Shown piece after piece: positions 45,708 through 57,700 of a stretch of DNA of 64,000 nt (position 1 is the stretch's first letter; each line of letters begins with the position of its first letter). The notes beneath the pieces were generated by a model. The model did not search any database and was not told the origin of the DNA. It saw only the letters and a program-made list of their open reading frames with translations. The stretch comes from Oscillospiraceae bacterium (lineage in GTDB: Bacteria > Bacillota > Clostridia > Oscillospirales > Oscillospiraceae): contig SVLX01000008.1 in NCBI GenBank assembly GCA_015067725.1, forward strand, positions 954 to 64,953. The letters are read 5' to 3'. The position numbers and the translations under genes are program-made.

Positions 45708-48700
45708 TTACAGGATATTCTCAATCAGCCGCATTAAGATGGTGGCCAGCTCCACACGGGTAGCCGTGCCCTTAGGTGCCAGAGTGGTCTCCGTGCGGCC
45801 CTGAATCAGACCGGCGGCGTTGGCCCACGCCATAGCATCCTTTGCCCAGGGAGAGACGGTCTGTGCATCGCTGTAGCCGGACAGGTCTGCGCCCTGATGG
45901 GTATCGCAACCCTTGAAGGCGGCATAGCGGTACATGATGAGGGCCATTTCCTCTCTGGTGATGGCCTGATTGGGACGGAAGGTATCGTCGCCGTAGCCCA
46001 GAACAATGCCATTGGCGTTGGCCCAGGCGATGGCATCGGCATACCATGCGCCATCTGCCACATCGGTGAAGACATTCTCGCCCATTTCCGGTTCGCCCTC
46101 CAGACGGTACAAGATGGTGACAATCATGCCACGGGTTGCACTGCTCTGAGGTGCGAACAGGGTATCGGATACGCCGTTCATCAGCCCGTGACCCACCACA
46201 TAGTCCACGGCTTCGTGATACCATGCATTGGGATTCAGGTCGGTGAAGTGGGCACTGGGACAGGTCTCACTGCCGGTAATGCTGCGGATAATCAGATTGC
46301 CGGGTTCTGCTGCAATGGTGAAGTCATAGTTCTGATCCTCGGTCAGACTGTGACCCTCAGCCAGCGCCATGGTGATGGGGTAAGTGCCCTCCAGAGACTT
46401 GTCATTGGCTTCACAGGTGAAGACGAACATGGCATTGACTCTGGCGATGTAGGCTTCATCGGTCACATCGTCGCCCAGCAGACCATTGGGATCAATGGTA
46501 AAGGCGGGGTTGGCTTCGCCGTAGGTCTTCTCCAAATCCGCAGGACGGAGGGTTCTGCTGGCCTTATTCATATAAACCATGAAGGTGCCGCCGCCGGCAT
46601 AGGCGGGATCATCGATGATGTAGGTCGCCACATAGGTGCCGGCATTGCGCAGCTCCACTTCCTCAGAGGAGGTGGTCAGCGTATACGTGACCTTGACATT
46701 TTCGCCCACCACGGGAGTAAATCCATCAGTGCTCAGGAACTCCACATTCTGAACCATACCATTGTAGGTGAAGACCGTAGTCTTGGGCAGCAGGGAGATT
46801 GCCTTCCGGGTGGTTTCCAGCAGGAAGGTGGCATCGTCAGCCACGAAGTTCCGCTCGTTCAGCTTGGCGGTAATGGTGGCAGAACCTGCACCAACAATGG
46901 CGACCTTGCCATTTTCGTCCACAACTGCCACATTCTCATCGGAACTGCTCCAAATCACATTGGGGCGGAATCCATTGAGATGGGCCTGCAGGTACATGGT
47001 CTGGCCAACGGTGACCTGGTGGCTGTTGCCGGTGATGGTCAGCGTACCTTCAGCCGGGACGATGGTCAGCTTGCCGGAGACATAGGAGAACACATAGTTC
47101 TCACTGCGGCCACCGGAGACGGCGATGGTGTACTCGCCCACATCGGAGGCGGTGGCGGCGGTGGTGGTGGCGGTGGGAGCGACCAGCAGATCCTGCTCAC
47201 CTTCACCATAGACGAAACCGGAGTAGCTCAGGTTGAATGCGGGGTTGGCTTCGCCGTAAGTCCGGGTTGCATCCCCGGCAGTGACGGTCAGCGCGGCCTT
47301 ATGGATCTCGAAGTCAGCGGTCAGCACCAGCGTCTCGTGGTTGCGGTCAGCGAAGGTGGCGGTCACGGTGTACTGACCTGCGCCATGGGGCTTGCCGTCC
47401 TTCAGGCCGGTGCCGGCGTAGGTGAACTCCGGCCGCAGTCCTTCGACGCTCATGTTGAATACGGGTTCGTTGGCTGTCTCGCCATAAGTCCAGTCTTCCA
47501 CGGTCAATATACCTGCCAGAGTACCCTTCTTGATGGTGAAGGTATCCAGAACATATCCGGAGTACTTATTGCCGGTGGTCTTGACTTCCACCTGATAGAT
47601 TCCGGCATCCAGGGGTTCAACCACTCTGCCCCGCTCATCGGTGTAAGTCACACTGTAGTCAGTCAGGCCCTCAACACTGGGTTCAACGGTAATCCCCTGA
47701 ACCGTGCCGTCATAGGTGGTAATCAGATTACCCAGACGGAAGCTGACCTGCTTGGCAACAGGTGTAAAGGTGACGGTGGCGGTGGCATCATTATGGTTGG
47801 CCATGGAAGAAGTGGCGGTGATGGTCACCTCTGTGTCCACATCGTGAACGGTGACATTGCCGTTTTCATCCACGGTGGCAATGGTCTCGTCACTGGAGGA
47901 CCAGGTGACGGTGGCCAATTCGTGGGCGTTGGTGGTCAGGGTAAAGACTCTGCCATAGTCCACCACGCCGGGCATACCGGCGATGACGAGCTTCTCCTGG
48001 TCGGCGGGCAGAATCTCCATGGTGAAGGCTTCCGGAGCGCCCACATAATTCCGGCTGTCATTGAGGGTAACGGTAACGGTGTAAGTGCCCACATTGACGG
48101 GCTCAGCGGGGGCATAGCTGACGGTAAATCCGGTAAAGGACTTGCCATTGAGCTCTGCGGTAACCTCCACAGCCTTGACCTTACCGTCATAGATGAAGCT
48201 GGCTGTACCAACCTCAAAAATCACGGTGGCGGGCAGGATTTCCGCCTGTGCCGTGCCGGTCAGACCGCTTGCCAACCGGTAGTTCTGGGCCTTGGGTCCG
48301 GTGATGGCGGTGGGGGTGACGGTGACGGTGTGCTTGCCGGCATTGGCGGAGGCGAATCGACCGGTAGCGGTGATGGTAACCTCGTCGCCGGAGAGGATAT
48401 CGCTGCTGCCGGTGACGGTGACGGCAGCTTCGTCGGTGCCGTCATAAATCTTGTCCTGTGCCGTGGCGGTGATGGAGTTGATGACAATCCGGGCGATGTC
48501 CACGGTGGTCTGGAGGTTGGTATTCTCCAGCGTGTAATGAACATTGTCGCTGAGGGTGATACCGGTCACATAGACCAGCTTGTCGGTGCCTGCATCACTG
48601 GTGGCCATCTGGCCCTGAGCGGTGGCGGTGACATTGTCGCCGGTGACCACATTGCTGAGGCTGATGGTCACTTCCACATCATTCTTGCCGTTGTAGGTAC

Positions 48701-51700
48701 GGTTTGCGGCGGTGGCCGTGGCGGTCAGGACTCTGGGGTATGCGGTGAAGGTGCGGGTAATGACCTGATCTTTGTAGTTGGCCATGGTGATGGTGGCCTT
48801 GATGGTGATGGTGCCCACATCCTTGGCAGTGACCTTACCGTTTTCGTCCATGGTAGCGGCGCCGGTAATCTCATAAGAGACAGAGCCGGAAGTGCCGGGG
48901 ACGGTCACGGTGAAGTCATCACCATAGTAGACCCGGTCGGGAATGCCCTCCATGGTGGCCTCATCCTGGGTAGCGGGTTCAATGACCAGCTTGCCGGTGT
49001 AAGGCGCAAGCTCATAATTGACCGCGTCATTCAGGGTAATGACCATGGTGTAAGTTCCCACATTGACGGGCTCAGCAGCAACGCCATCGAGCATATAGCT
49101 GACGGTGTAGCCATTGAAGGCCTTGCCGTTGGCCAGCGCGCTGACATAAACGGCCTTGGCTGTGCCGTCATAGGTATAGGTGGTGGTCTCCGGGCAGAAG
49201 ACGGTCACCACAGCCTTGTGGATGGTGGGGGTATTGACGGTGACGGCGGTGGTGTCGGCAATCCGGTAATTCCGGGCATCGGCACCGGTCAGGGCAACAT
49301 CCACCAGCCGGACGGTCTTGTTTTCACCGGCAGAAGCATCCTGGAAGGAAACCTTTGCGGTGGCGGTAACCTGGTCACTGCCCAGAATACCGGTGAGGGT
49401 AATGTTCACCACTTCCGCATCTGTAGTGCCATCATAGACCTTATCGGAGACGGTGAAGGCGATGGCTTCCACCGTCCTGGGGGCAATGTTGACCGTACCA
49501 CGGAGGGTGGTGTTGGTCAGCTCGTAGAAGTCAGCCTTTGTACCGCTGAGACCGGAGACGGTGATGCTGACGGTCTTGTTTTCGCCCACGCCGGGGGTCA
49601 TCATTTCGGCAATGATGCCGCTGACGGTCACATCATCTTCGGGAATGGTGTTCTCCAGCTTTACGGTGGCATCAACCACGGTAGAGCCGTTATAGACCCG
49701 GTCAGTGACGGATTCCAGAGAGGCGGTAATCAGTCGCTTGCCCACGGTGACGGTGACCTTGACAACCTTGTCTTCAAAGCCTTCCTTAACGGAGGTGGCC
49801 AGAATCACAACCTTGCCAGTGCCGACAGCGGTCAGCTCGCCGGATTCGGTGACGGTGGCGGCAGTACCCTCGATAATCTCGAAGGTGACTTCGCCCTCAG
49901 CACCCTCGGCGGTCAAAATCTTGGTATCGCCGTAGCGGATGCCGTCTTCCAGACCGGAGACAGTGAAGGACTGCTGCTTGGCGGCGGTGATGGTCAAGGT
50001 CTTTCCCTCCAGACCGGTAACGTCAGCGGTATAGTTGACGGCGTCGGTGAGGGTGACGGTGACGGTGTAAGTGCCGGGCAGGACGGGGTTGGCGCCGTCG
50101 GCGGTGGAGTAGGTGACGGTATAGTCGGCGGTCAGACCGTTGTTGGTCTTCACGTTGATCTCCAGCACCTTCTCATAACCATCATAGCTGACGGTCTTGG
50201 AGGCGGTGGTGAAGGTAGCGGTGGCCTTGGCGATTTCGCCGGTGGCGGTAGCGGGAGCAGTGCCGGTCAGCATATAGTTCCGGGCATCGTTGCCGCCCAG
50301 TGTCAGGGCAGTGACGGTGACTTCGGTGGTGCCTGCGTTGGCGCTGATGTACGCACCCTCGGCGGTGATGGTCACCTGGTCGCCCTCCAGAACTGCGCCC
50401 TTGGGGAGGGTGGCGGTCAGCTTGGCGGTGGTGGTGGCATCGTAAATCTTGCCTTCGGCGGTGACGGTAATGGCAGAAGCATCAATGGCTCTGGCGGTAA
50501 TGGTCACCTTACCTCTCAGGGTTTCGGTGGTCAGCTCGTAGAGGGATGCATCTTCGCCGGTCAGCTCGCCAATGGTGATGGTGACGGACTTGTTGTTGCC
50601 CACATCGGGGGTCTGAATCTCTGCCACGTTGGTCACAGAAACGGTATCGTTGTTGATGATACCATTGAGCACGACGGTGGCGGTGACATCGGTGGTGCCA
50701 TCGTAGGGACGGTCAGTGACAGACTCCACAGAGGCGGTAATCAGTCGCTTGCCCACGGTGACGGTGACCTTGACGGTCTTGTCTTCAAAGCCTTCCTTAA
50801 CAGAGGTAGCCAGAATCACGACCTTACCGGTGCCGACAGCAGTCAGCTCGCCGGATTCGGTGACGGTGGCGGCAGTGCCTTCCTCAATGGTAAAGGTCAC
50901 AGTGCCCTCTGCACCCTCAGCGGTCAAAATCTTGGTATCGCCGTAGCGGATGCCGTCTTCCAGACCGGAGACGGTGAAGGACTGCTGCTTGGCGGCGGTG
51001 ATGGTCAGGGTCTTGCCCTCCAGACCGGTAACGTCAGCGGTATAGTTGACGGTATCGGTGAGGGTAACGGTGACGGTGTAAGTGCCGGGCAGGACGGGCT
51101 CAGCGTTGTACTGCACCGTATACTCCGCAGTCAGACCGTTGTTGGTCTTGGCCACGATGTCCAGCGCCTTGGCTGTGCCGTCATAGGTGAAGGTCCTGGA
51201 TTCGGTGGTGAAGGTGACGGTGGCTTTCCGGATTTCGCCCTGTGCGGTGGTGGGGGCAGTGCCGGTCAGCACATAGTTGCCGGAATCCTTGCCCTCCAGC
51301 GTCAGTGCGGTGATGGCGGCTTCCACCGTGCCTGCGGTGGCGGCGGTGTATGCGCCCTCAGCGGTGACCGTGACCTTGTCGCCGGAGAGGACTGCGCCCT
51401 CGGGGAGGGTTGCGGTCAGCTCGGCGGCGGTGGTGCCGTCATAGACCTTGCTTGCGGCGGTGACGGTGATGGCAGAAGCGTCGATTGCTCTGGGCTGTAC
51501 CGTCAGCGTACCTGCCACAAAGGTCAGGTCATAGGCTTCACTGGTAATGCCTGCGGGGGTAATGTAGTATGTACCCACGCCCTGTCCCACGGTGTAGCCG
51601 GTATAGGTCAGGTCGGTGAGATCCAGGTCGGAAAGCTGGCAACCGGTAACGGTCAGCAGGTCTGCCGTCAGGGTGAAGGGCTCGCCATAGGTGGTGGTGA

Positions 51701-54700
51701 GACCATTTACGGTGATGGTGGCATCCTTCTTCTCGATGGTCAGGGTGTAGCTGGCTCTTACAGGGGTTGTGCCTTCCTTTTCGGAGGTGGCGAAGATGGT
51801 GACTGTACCGGTGCGCTTCAATGTGACCGTACCGTCAGCGGCAACCTCTGCCACAGACTCGTTGCTGGAGGTATAGGTGGGAACGGTGTTGTTGGGGTTC
51901 ACCAGGGTATTGCCGGAATAAGTGCCATCCACCAGATAGACGGTGACTGCGCCCTCAGTGAAGTAGATGGGCTCCTGAGCCTCAGGCAGACCGGCAACGA
52001 TGTCCATGAATCCGGCGTTGTCGAATGTACCCTCGGGCAGGGTGTCGCCATCAATGGTGATGGGGTTGGCAAAGCGATAGTTTTCCTTGTGCTCGTCCTT
52101 CAGCTCCACCACATAGAGGTAACGGCCGATGGAGACGGCCCGGTTGACCTTGCTGATGGTGCCCATATTCTCATTGACCTGGTAATAGGTGACGGTGAAG
52201 TCCTCCATACCCAGATTCTGGGTGCTGTTGGTGAAGGTGATGGTCTTGCTCTTGCCGTCATAGACCTGCTCCAGGCCGGAGGGGGTCAGGGTGACGGGCT
52301 TGGGCGCAATCACGAAGTCTTCCAGCGTCCAGACCCGACCACTATGATAATAGTTGTCGTCAAACCCGAACTCAACTTCCACGGCATATGTGCCTGCGCC
52401 CACCTGGAATTCCACGATGGCCGTTGCGTTTTCGTCCAGTTCTGCGCTGACATTGAAGGCTTCCTCAGTTTTATTCCCATCCACCGTCTTGTAGAGCCGG
52501 AATTGGACAAGATCCTGAGGAACTACGCCCTTCTTGGGATAGTTGAACTGCACCTCGACTTCGGTCTTGTCTTCATAGACAGCGAACTGGCTATCCGGCT
52601 GCTTCCACAGCCAAGGCTCGCCGTTGCGATACAGGCGGAACTCGTGTTCGCACCAATACTTTTCGATGGTGAACTGACCCAGAGCAACCTCTCCGGCCAT
52701 CACATTCCCGCCACCGGTGACGGTGACAAAGACGTGGTAAGTGCCGGTGGTGACGGGGGCGGTGGTGGTGCGCTGGATTTCACGCTCCTCGATGTACTCC
52801 ACCTTCAGTTCGCCATAGCCGGTGATGCCGGACTTCATGGCGGCGGTGGCGACGAAAGCTTCGCCGCTGTAAGTGCCGTTTTCGGGGACGGTGTAGTCCA
52901 GCAGATCCAGAGTCAGCACAGCCTGCTCAATGACCAGCGTACCCATCTCATAGTCGGTGGCCGCCTGATAGTAGTCGTTCTCGGGCATGGTGAGCTTGAC
53001 GGTATATGTGCCCACGTTCACGGGCTCTGCCACCTGGGTCTCACCCTGCCAGTAGGTCAGGGTATAGCTTTCGGGGGCGAGATAGAAGCTGTTGGAGCCC
53101 GAGTCGTAGATGGAGCGGATGTCTGCCGCCTTGACCGTGCCATCATAGGTGGTCTTGAACTCGCCGTTATAGAAGTGCTTGTGCAGGTTCTCATTGGGAA
53201 TCTTCTCCACGGAGAATGCCACGGTATTGCTCTGCCCCTCGGCGATGGTGGAATCATCGGGCACGAATTGCAGATAAATCTCATGGTCGCCGGGGTTGAT
53301 GTTGAACAGGGACTTGGTATAGACCTTGCCATTGGTCAGGGGCTGTCTGCCGCCGGAGACGGCGTAGCTCTCCTCGTCAATCTTCTGTCCGTCAATGTAG
53401 ATGTACAGCCAGCCGGAGAGTTCCTTCTGCTGGGTGGTGATGGTGACCTTGATGGTGCCGTCGTCCTTGTAGTACAGCTCCTTATCCAGGGCAATGGACA
53501 TGGCCACCTGCTTCCTGACGGTGACGGTCTCGGTGCCGGTGGTCAGAGCGTCGGCGGCGGGGAAGACGGGCGTGCCGTCCTCGGTGAAGTAGGCGCAGCC
53601 CTCAGCCAGGATCTGCGTCACGGTGGGCAGATCGCTCTTTTGCGCATTGCTCTTGCCAATCTGCAGACCGCCGGGGAAGGTGCCGCCGGAGATGACAATG
53701 GTACCGGCAAAGGTCGAGGAACGGTTGTCGATGCAGATGTCAACGCTCGAACCCTGTAGAGAGCCGCCCTTCATTTCCAGACAGCCGTCGCCAACCAGAT
53801 TCACGGCAGACTTATAGATGTTTCCGCCGCTGCACACGAGGGTTCCGCCCAGAATGGTCAGCTTACCGGCGCTTGCGCCCACACCGGACACACACACCAG
53901 ATACTCGTTGTTGGTGGTAAACACACCGGTCTGCGCCTCACTGGTGTCCGTGATGGTCAGGTGGCATGTAAGGCCAGGCTGGGTGGCACCCACATCCAGG
54001 TTAACGTTGCCCATGTCCAGCGTATAGCCGTTGAGGTCGATGGTCATGACGCACATGAGCATATCGTAGTAGCCATCCACGTTCTGCATCAGCGTCAACG
54101 TAGAGCCACTCTGGCTCTGGGCATAGTTCATGGCCGTCCTGAAGTCGTCATAGACCGTGGTCACGCCGCCGGTGGTGACGGTGGCCACAACATTGCTGAC
54201 ATAGACATCCTGTGTTCCTGTAGAGGTAGCACCGGAATAGGCAGTGTCGGGAATATACACGTTGGTCCCCACTTCCGCAAATCCATAGCCGTCGGCAACG
54301 ATCTGATCCACAGTCACATTCTTCCAGCTATCGACCTGAAGACCTCCAATAAATGTACCACCGGTAATGGTGACATTCATAGGGAAGCCACCGGTATCTG
54401 CAATATCGCAGCCGTTCTTATGGGTATCCCCGTAGAAGGTGCCGCCCTTGATCTCAATCGGGAAATTGCTGGTATTTTGAATAAATCTGCCCTTAAAGTG
54501 GCCGCCCAGAATCACCATAGAGCCGGAGTCTCTGAGCCAGAAGATATTGCACCCGCTGTCGGAAGTACAATCCATGTCAAAGGTACCGGTCTGCGCCTCG
54601 CTGCTGTCAGTAACCGTCAGATTGCAGTTTCTGAGCGAGAACATACCATTCCTCCAGCCGCTATAAGAAACAGTTTTACCATTAAGATCAAAGGTAAATG

Positions 54701-57700
54701 TGCCGGACTCTATGTCGGTAGTTCCATCTGTAACAATATCCTTCAGCAACTTCAATGTAGACCCGTTGGATGCCTGTGCTGCTGTCAACGCATCGGTAAG
54801 CTTAAGATAGACTGTCGTTGTCTCGCCCACGGTGACGCTGGCTTCGCAGTCGGAGAGCTTGCCCACGGTGACGGTTTCCGTGCCGGTGGTCATGGCATCG
54901 TCTGCCACGGTGACCAGAGTACCGGCTTCGGTGAAGTAGGCGCAGCCCTCGGCCAGCTGAGTCGCGGCTGTGGCCTTTACAGCATAATTTGCCCAGTCCC
55001 GTACGGTAAGGCCGCCGGGGAATGTGCCGCCATGGAGGGTGAAGTTTCTGGGTGTCTTGGTGCTACTGTTCCCGCCGATATTGAGATCCGCATTGGTTCC
55101 GTTGAAGGTACCACCATAGATGTGGTATCCCTGGTATTGCGGGTTGCTGAGATTGGTAGACAGCGCATAATATCCGGTAAAGGTGCCACCATAGATGGTC
55201 GCTGCGCCCTCACCAAGTCTAACCGCTGTAGTTGCGGGTGCTTCAAAGGTGCCACCATAGATGGTCAGGGTTGCGCTAGTGCAATCGATCGCACTTTCGT
55301 CACTGGAATAGAAGTAACCACCATAGATGGTCAGGGTGTCCTGTTTTTGACTTTCCACGGCAGGAAACCTGCTGTTGCTGATGACAGCGCCAGTACCGGG
55401 AGTGGTCTCTGTGGCACTGGAATCCCGAATGGTCAGGTTCGTTTTCACCTGATAGTAGAATTCGATGGTGCTATTAAAGTACTGGTCGGTAGACTTCAGT
55501 GTCTTTCCGTTCAGGTCCAGAGTGAACGTGCCGCCATTGATGCTCAGAGAACCCCTGCCCTGATCCACATCCTGCATCATCTTTACGGTGGAGTTGGTCT
55601 GCGTTGCGGCATAATCCACAGCCACCTGAAGAGAATCATAGGTCGTCGTTACACCGCCGGCAGTGGTGACGATGGCAACGGGGTTCTTGACGGTGACGGT
55701 GGTGGTCTTCAGGGCTTCGCCGGTGACCACATCGCCATTCTCGTCCACAAACACATGGTCGGGTGCCAATACCGACTCTGCGTTGGTGGTTCTTCCGCGA
55801 ACACGAATGCCGCCGGGGAAGGTGCCGCCGTAGGCAGCAATCTGGCAAAGCGAAGTGGTCCACTCGATGTCATAAGAATTCGTGAAAGTACCACCATAAA
55901 TATTGATCTGACCGGTATCGCCTCTCAGCCGACTGCCAACCGTGCCACCATAGATGTTCAGACTGCCGTCCACCCCAAAGGCGTAATTGTCGGCATCCTG
56001 TGTTGTCACTTCGCCATTCAGGAGATTCACCGTGCCTTCCACCCGATAATCCCGGAGCGTCATCAGCCGCCCCTTACCTTCGGGACTGCTGTCAGTGATA
56101 ACGGTGGTATATCCAGACGATGTGCAAAGATAACACAGTGCAGTTCCGGATGTTGTGGTGTGGCGGAGGGTATAACCGTTCAAATCCAGCGTGAAGCCGT
56201 TGAGGTACACCGTTAGCCTGACGGCCGAGCTCCACTCCACGCTCTCAGACCGGAAGCTGGCATCCTTCAGTAGCTTCAGGGTAATCTGCTCATGGGTGTA
56301 GCTGCCAGTGGCAACCGCAGCATTCGCCGCCGCCAGAGCCTTGTCCACAGTCAGATAAGTGGTGGTGGTTTCGCCCACGGTAAGGCTGGCTTCGCAGTCA
56401 GCGAGCTTGCCCACGGTGACGGTGTCCGTGCCGGTGGTCATGGCATCGTCTGCCACGGTGACCACAGTGCCGGCTTCGGAGAAGAAGCTGTAGCCCTCGG
56501 CCAGCAGGTCATTGACGGTATGCTCCGTGGAGGTGTAGTGAGAGTGTAGCCTGAGCCGCATCTGCAGACCGCCAGGGAAAGTACCGCCGGAGATATCCAC
56601 AGAGCCTTCGAACAGGACATACAGTGCCTGGATTCCAATATCCTGATTGACGCCCTGAATGGTGCCACCGGTAACCTGGAGCGCAGAACCCCATTGCATT
56701 TCAACCGCAACCGCACTATTGTCATCGCTGGTGTTGGTCACCGTGCCACCGGCAATGATGAGGGTGCTATAATACTGCGCCAGGATGGTCCGTGCATCGG
56801 CGGAGGTGAGGATGCCACTGCCGGTCTCACTTGTATCGGTAATCGTCAGTTTGGCTCCAGTACCGGAGCCATAAGAACTCAACGCCAGGCAGCCTGTGCT
56901 ATCCATAGCCAGGGTGAAGCCATTCAGGTCCAGGGTAATGTCGCATTTCACATCCAGCTCATAGCGTTGGGAGTCGACATTCTGCATCAGCTTCACGGTA
57001 GCGCTGGACTGGGTCTTGGCATAGTCCATGGCGGCATTAAAGCTGTCATAAACGGTAGTCACGCCGCCTGCGGCAACGGTAGCCACGCAACTCTTAACGG
57101 TGACGGTTGTGGTCTTCACAGCATCGCCGGTGACCACAAAGCCATTCTCGTCCACGAACACATGGCCGGGAGCCAGACAGGCAGTAATATCATTATCGAA
57201 GACTTCTTGGATGCCATTGACAAAGGTGCCGCCATAAAGCGTGGCAGAACCAGCGCCGGTCATACGCAGGTCTCTGTCGGCTGTGAAGGTGCCGCCGTAC
57301 ACATTGAGCGTGCCAGCCACCTCAACAAACCCGGTCAGTGTTCCCCCATAGATGTTCAGCGTTGCACCGGAAAGAGCCACACTTCTGTCAAGGGTTTGTT
57401 CCAAGGTGCCACCGTAAAGATCTACAGTCGCCGTTCTAAGCACGCTGTACCAGCCGGAGCAGTACAGTCTGCCGTCTCCCTCGGCGCTGGTATCGGTGAT
57501 AACCATAGTATGTTCTTCTGTCACATAAATGCTGATCTCAGCATCCCCGCCCAGAGTATGACTGAGGGTGCAACCGTTCAGGTCTAACGTAAAGCCGTCA
57601 AGATGTACCTCTGCGTTGTCTTCGACGCTTTCTTCTCTGAACGAGCAGTCCTTCAGAATCTTCAGGGTAATCTGCTCATGGGTGTAGCTACCGGTGGCAA

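Noticed and set aside
45897-53759. A 2620-aa stop-free ORF on the plus strand, with further long plus-strand ORFs up to 60281
   Set aside because: It is antisense to the 4841-aa gene. The translation is Gly/Asp/Val/His-rich low-complexity sequence with no signal peptide, motifs or RBS. The minus frame has a signal peptide, modular repeats and SLH domains. The Thr/Val/Gly/Ala/Asp-rich codon usage of the real gene removes stop codons from the complement.
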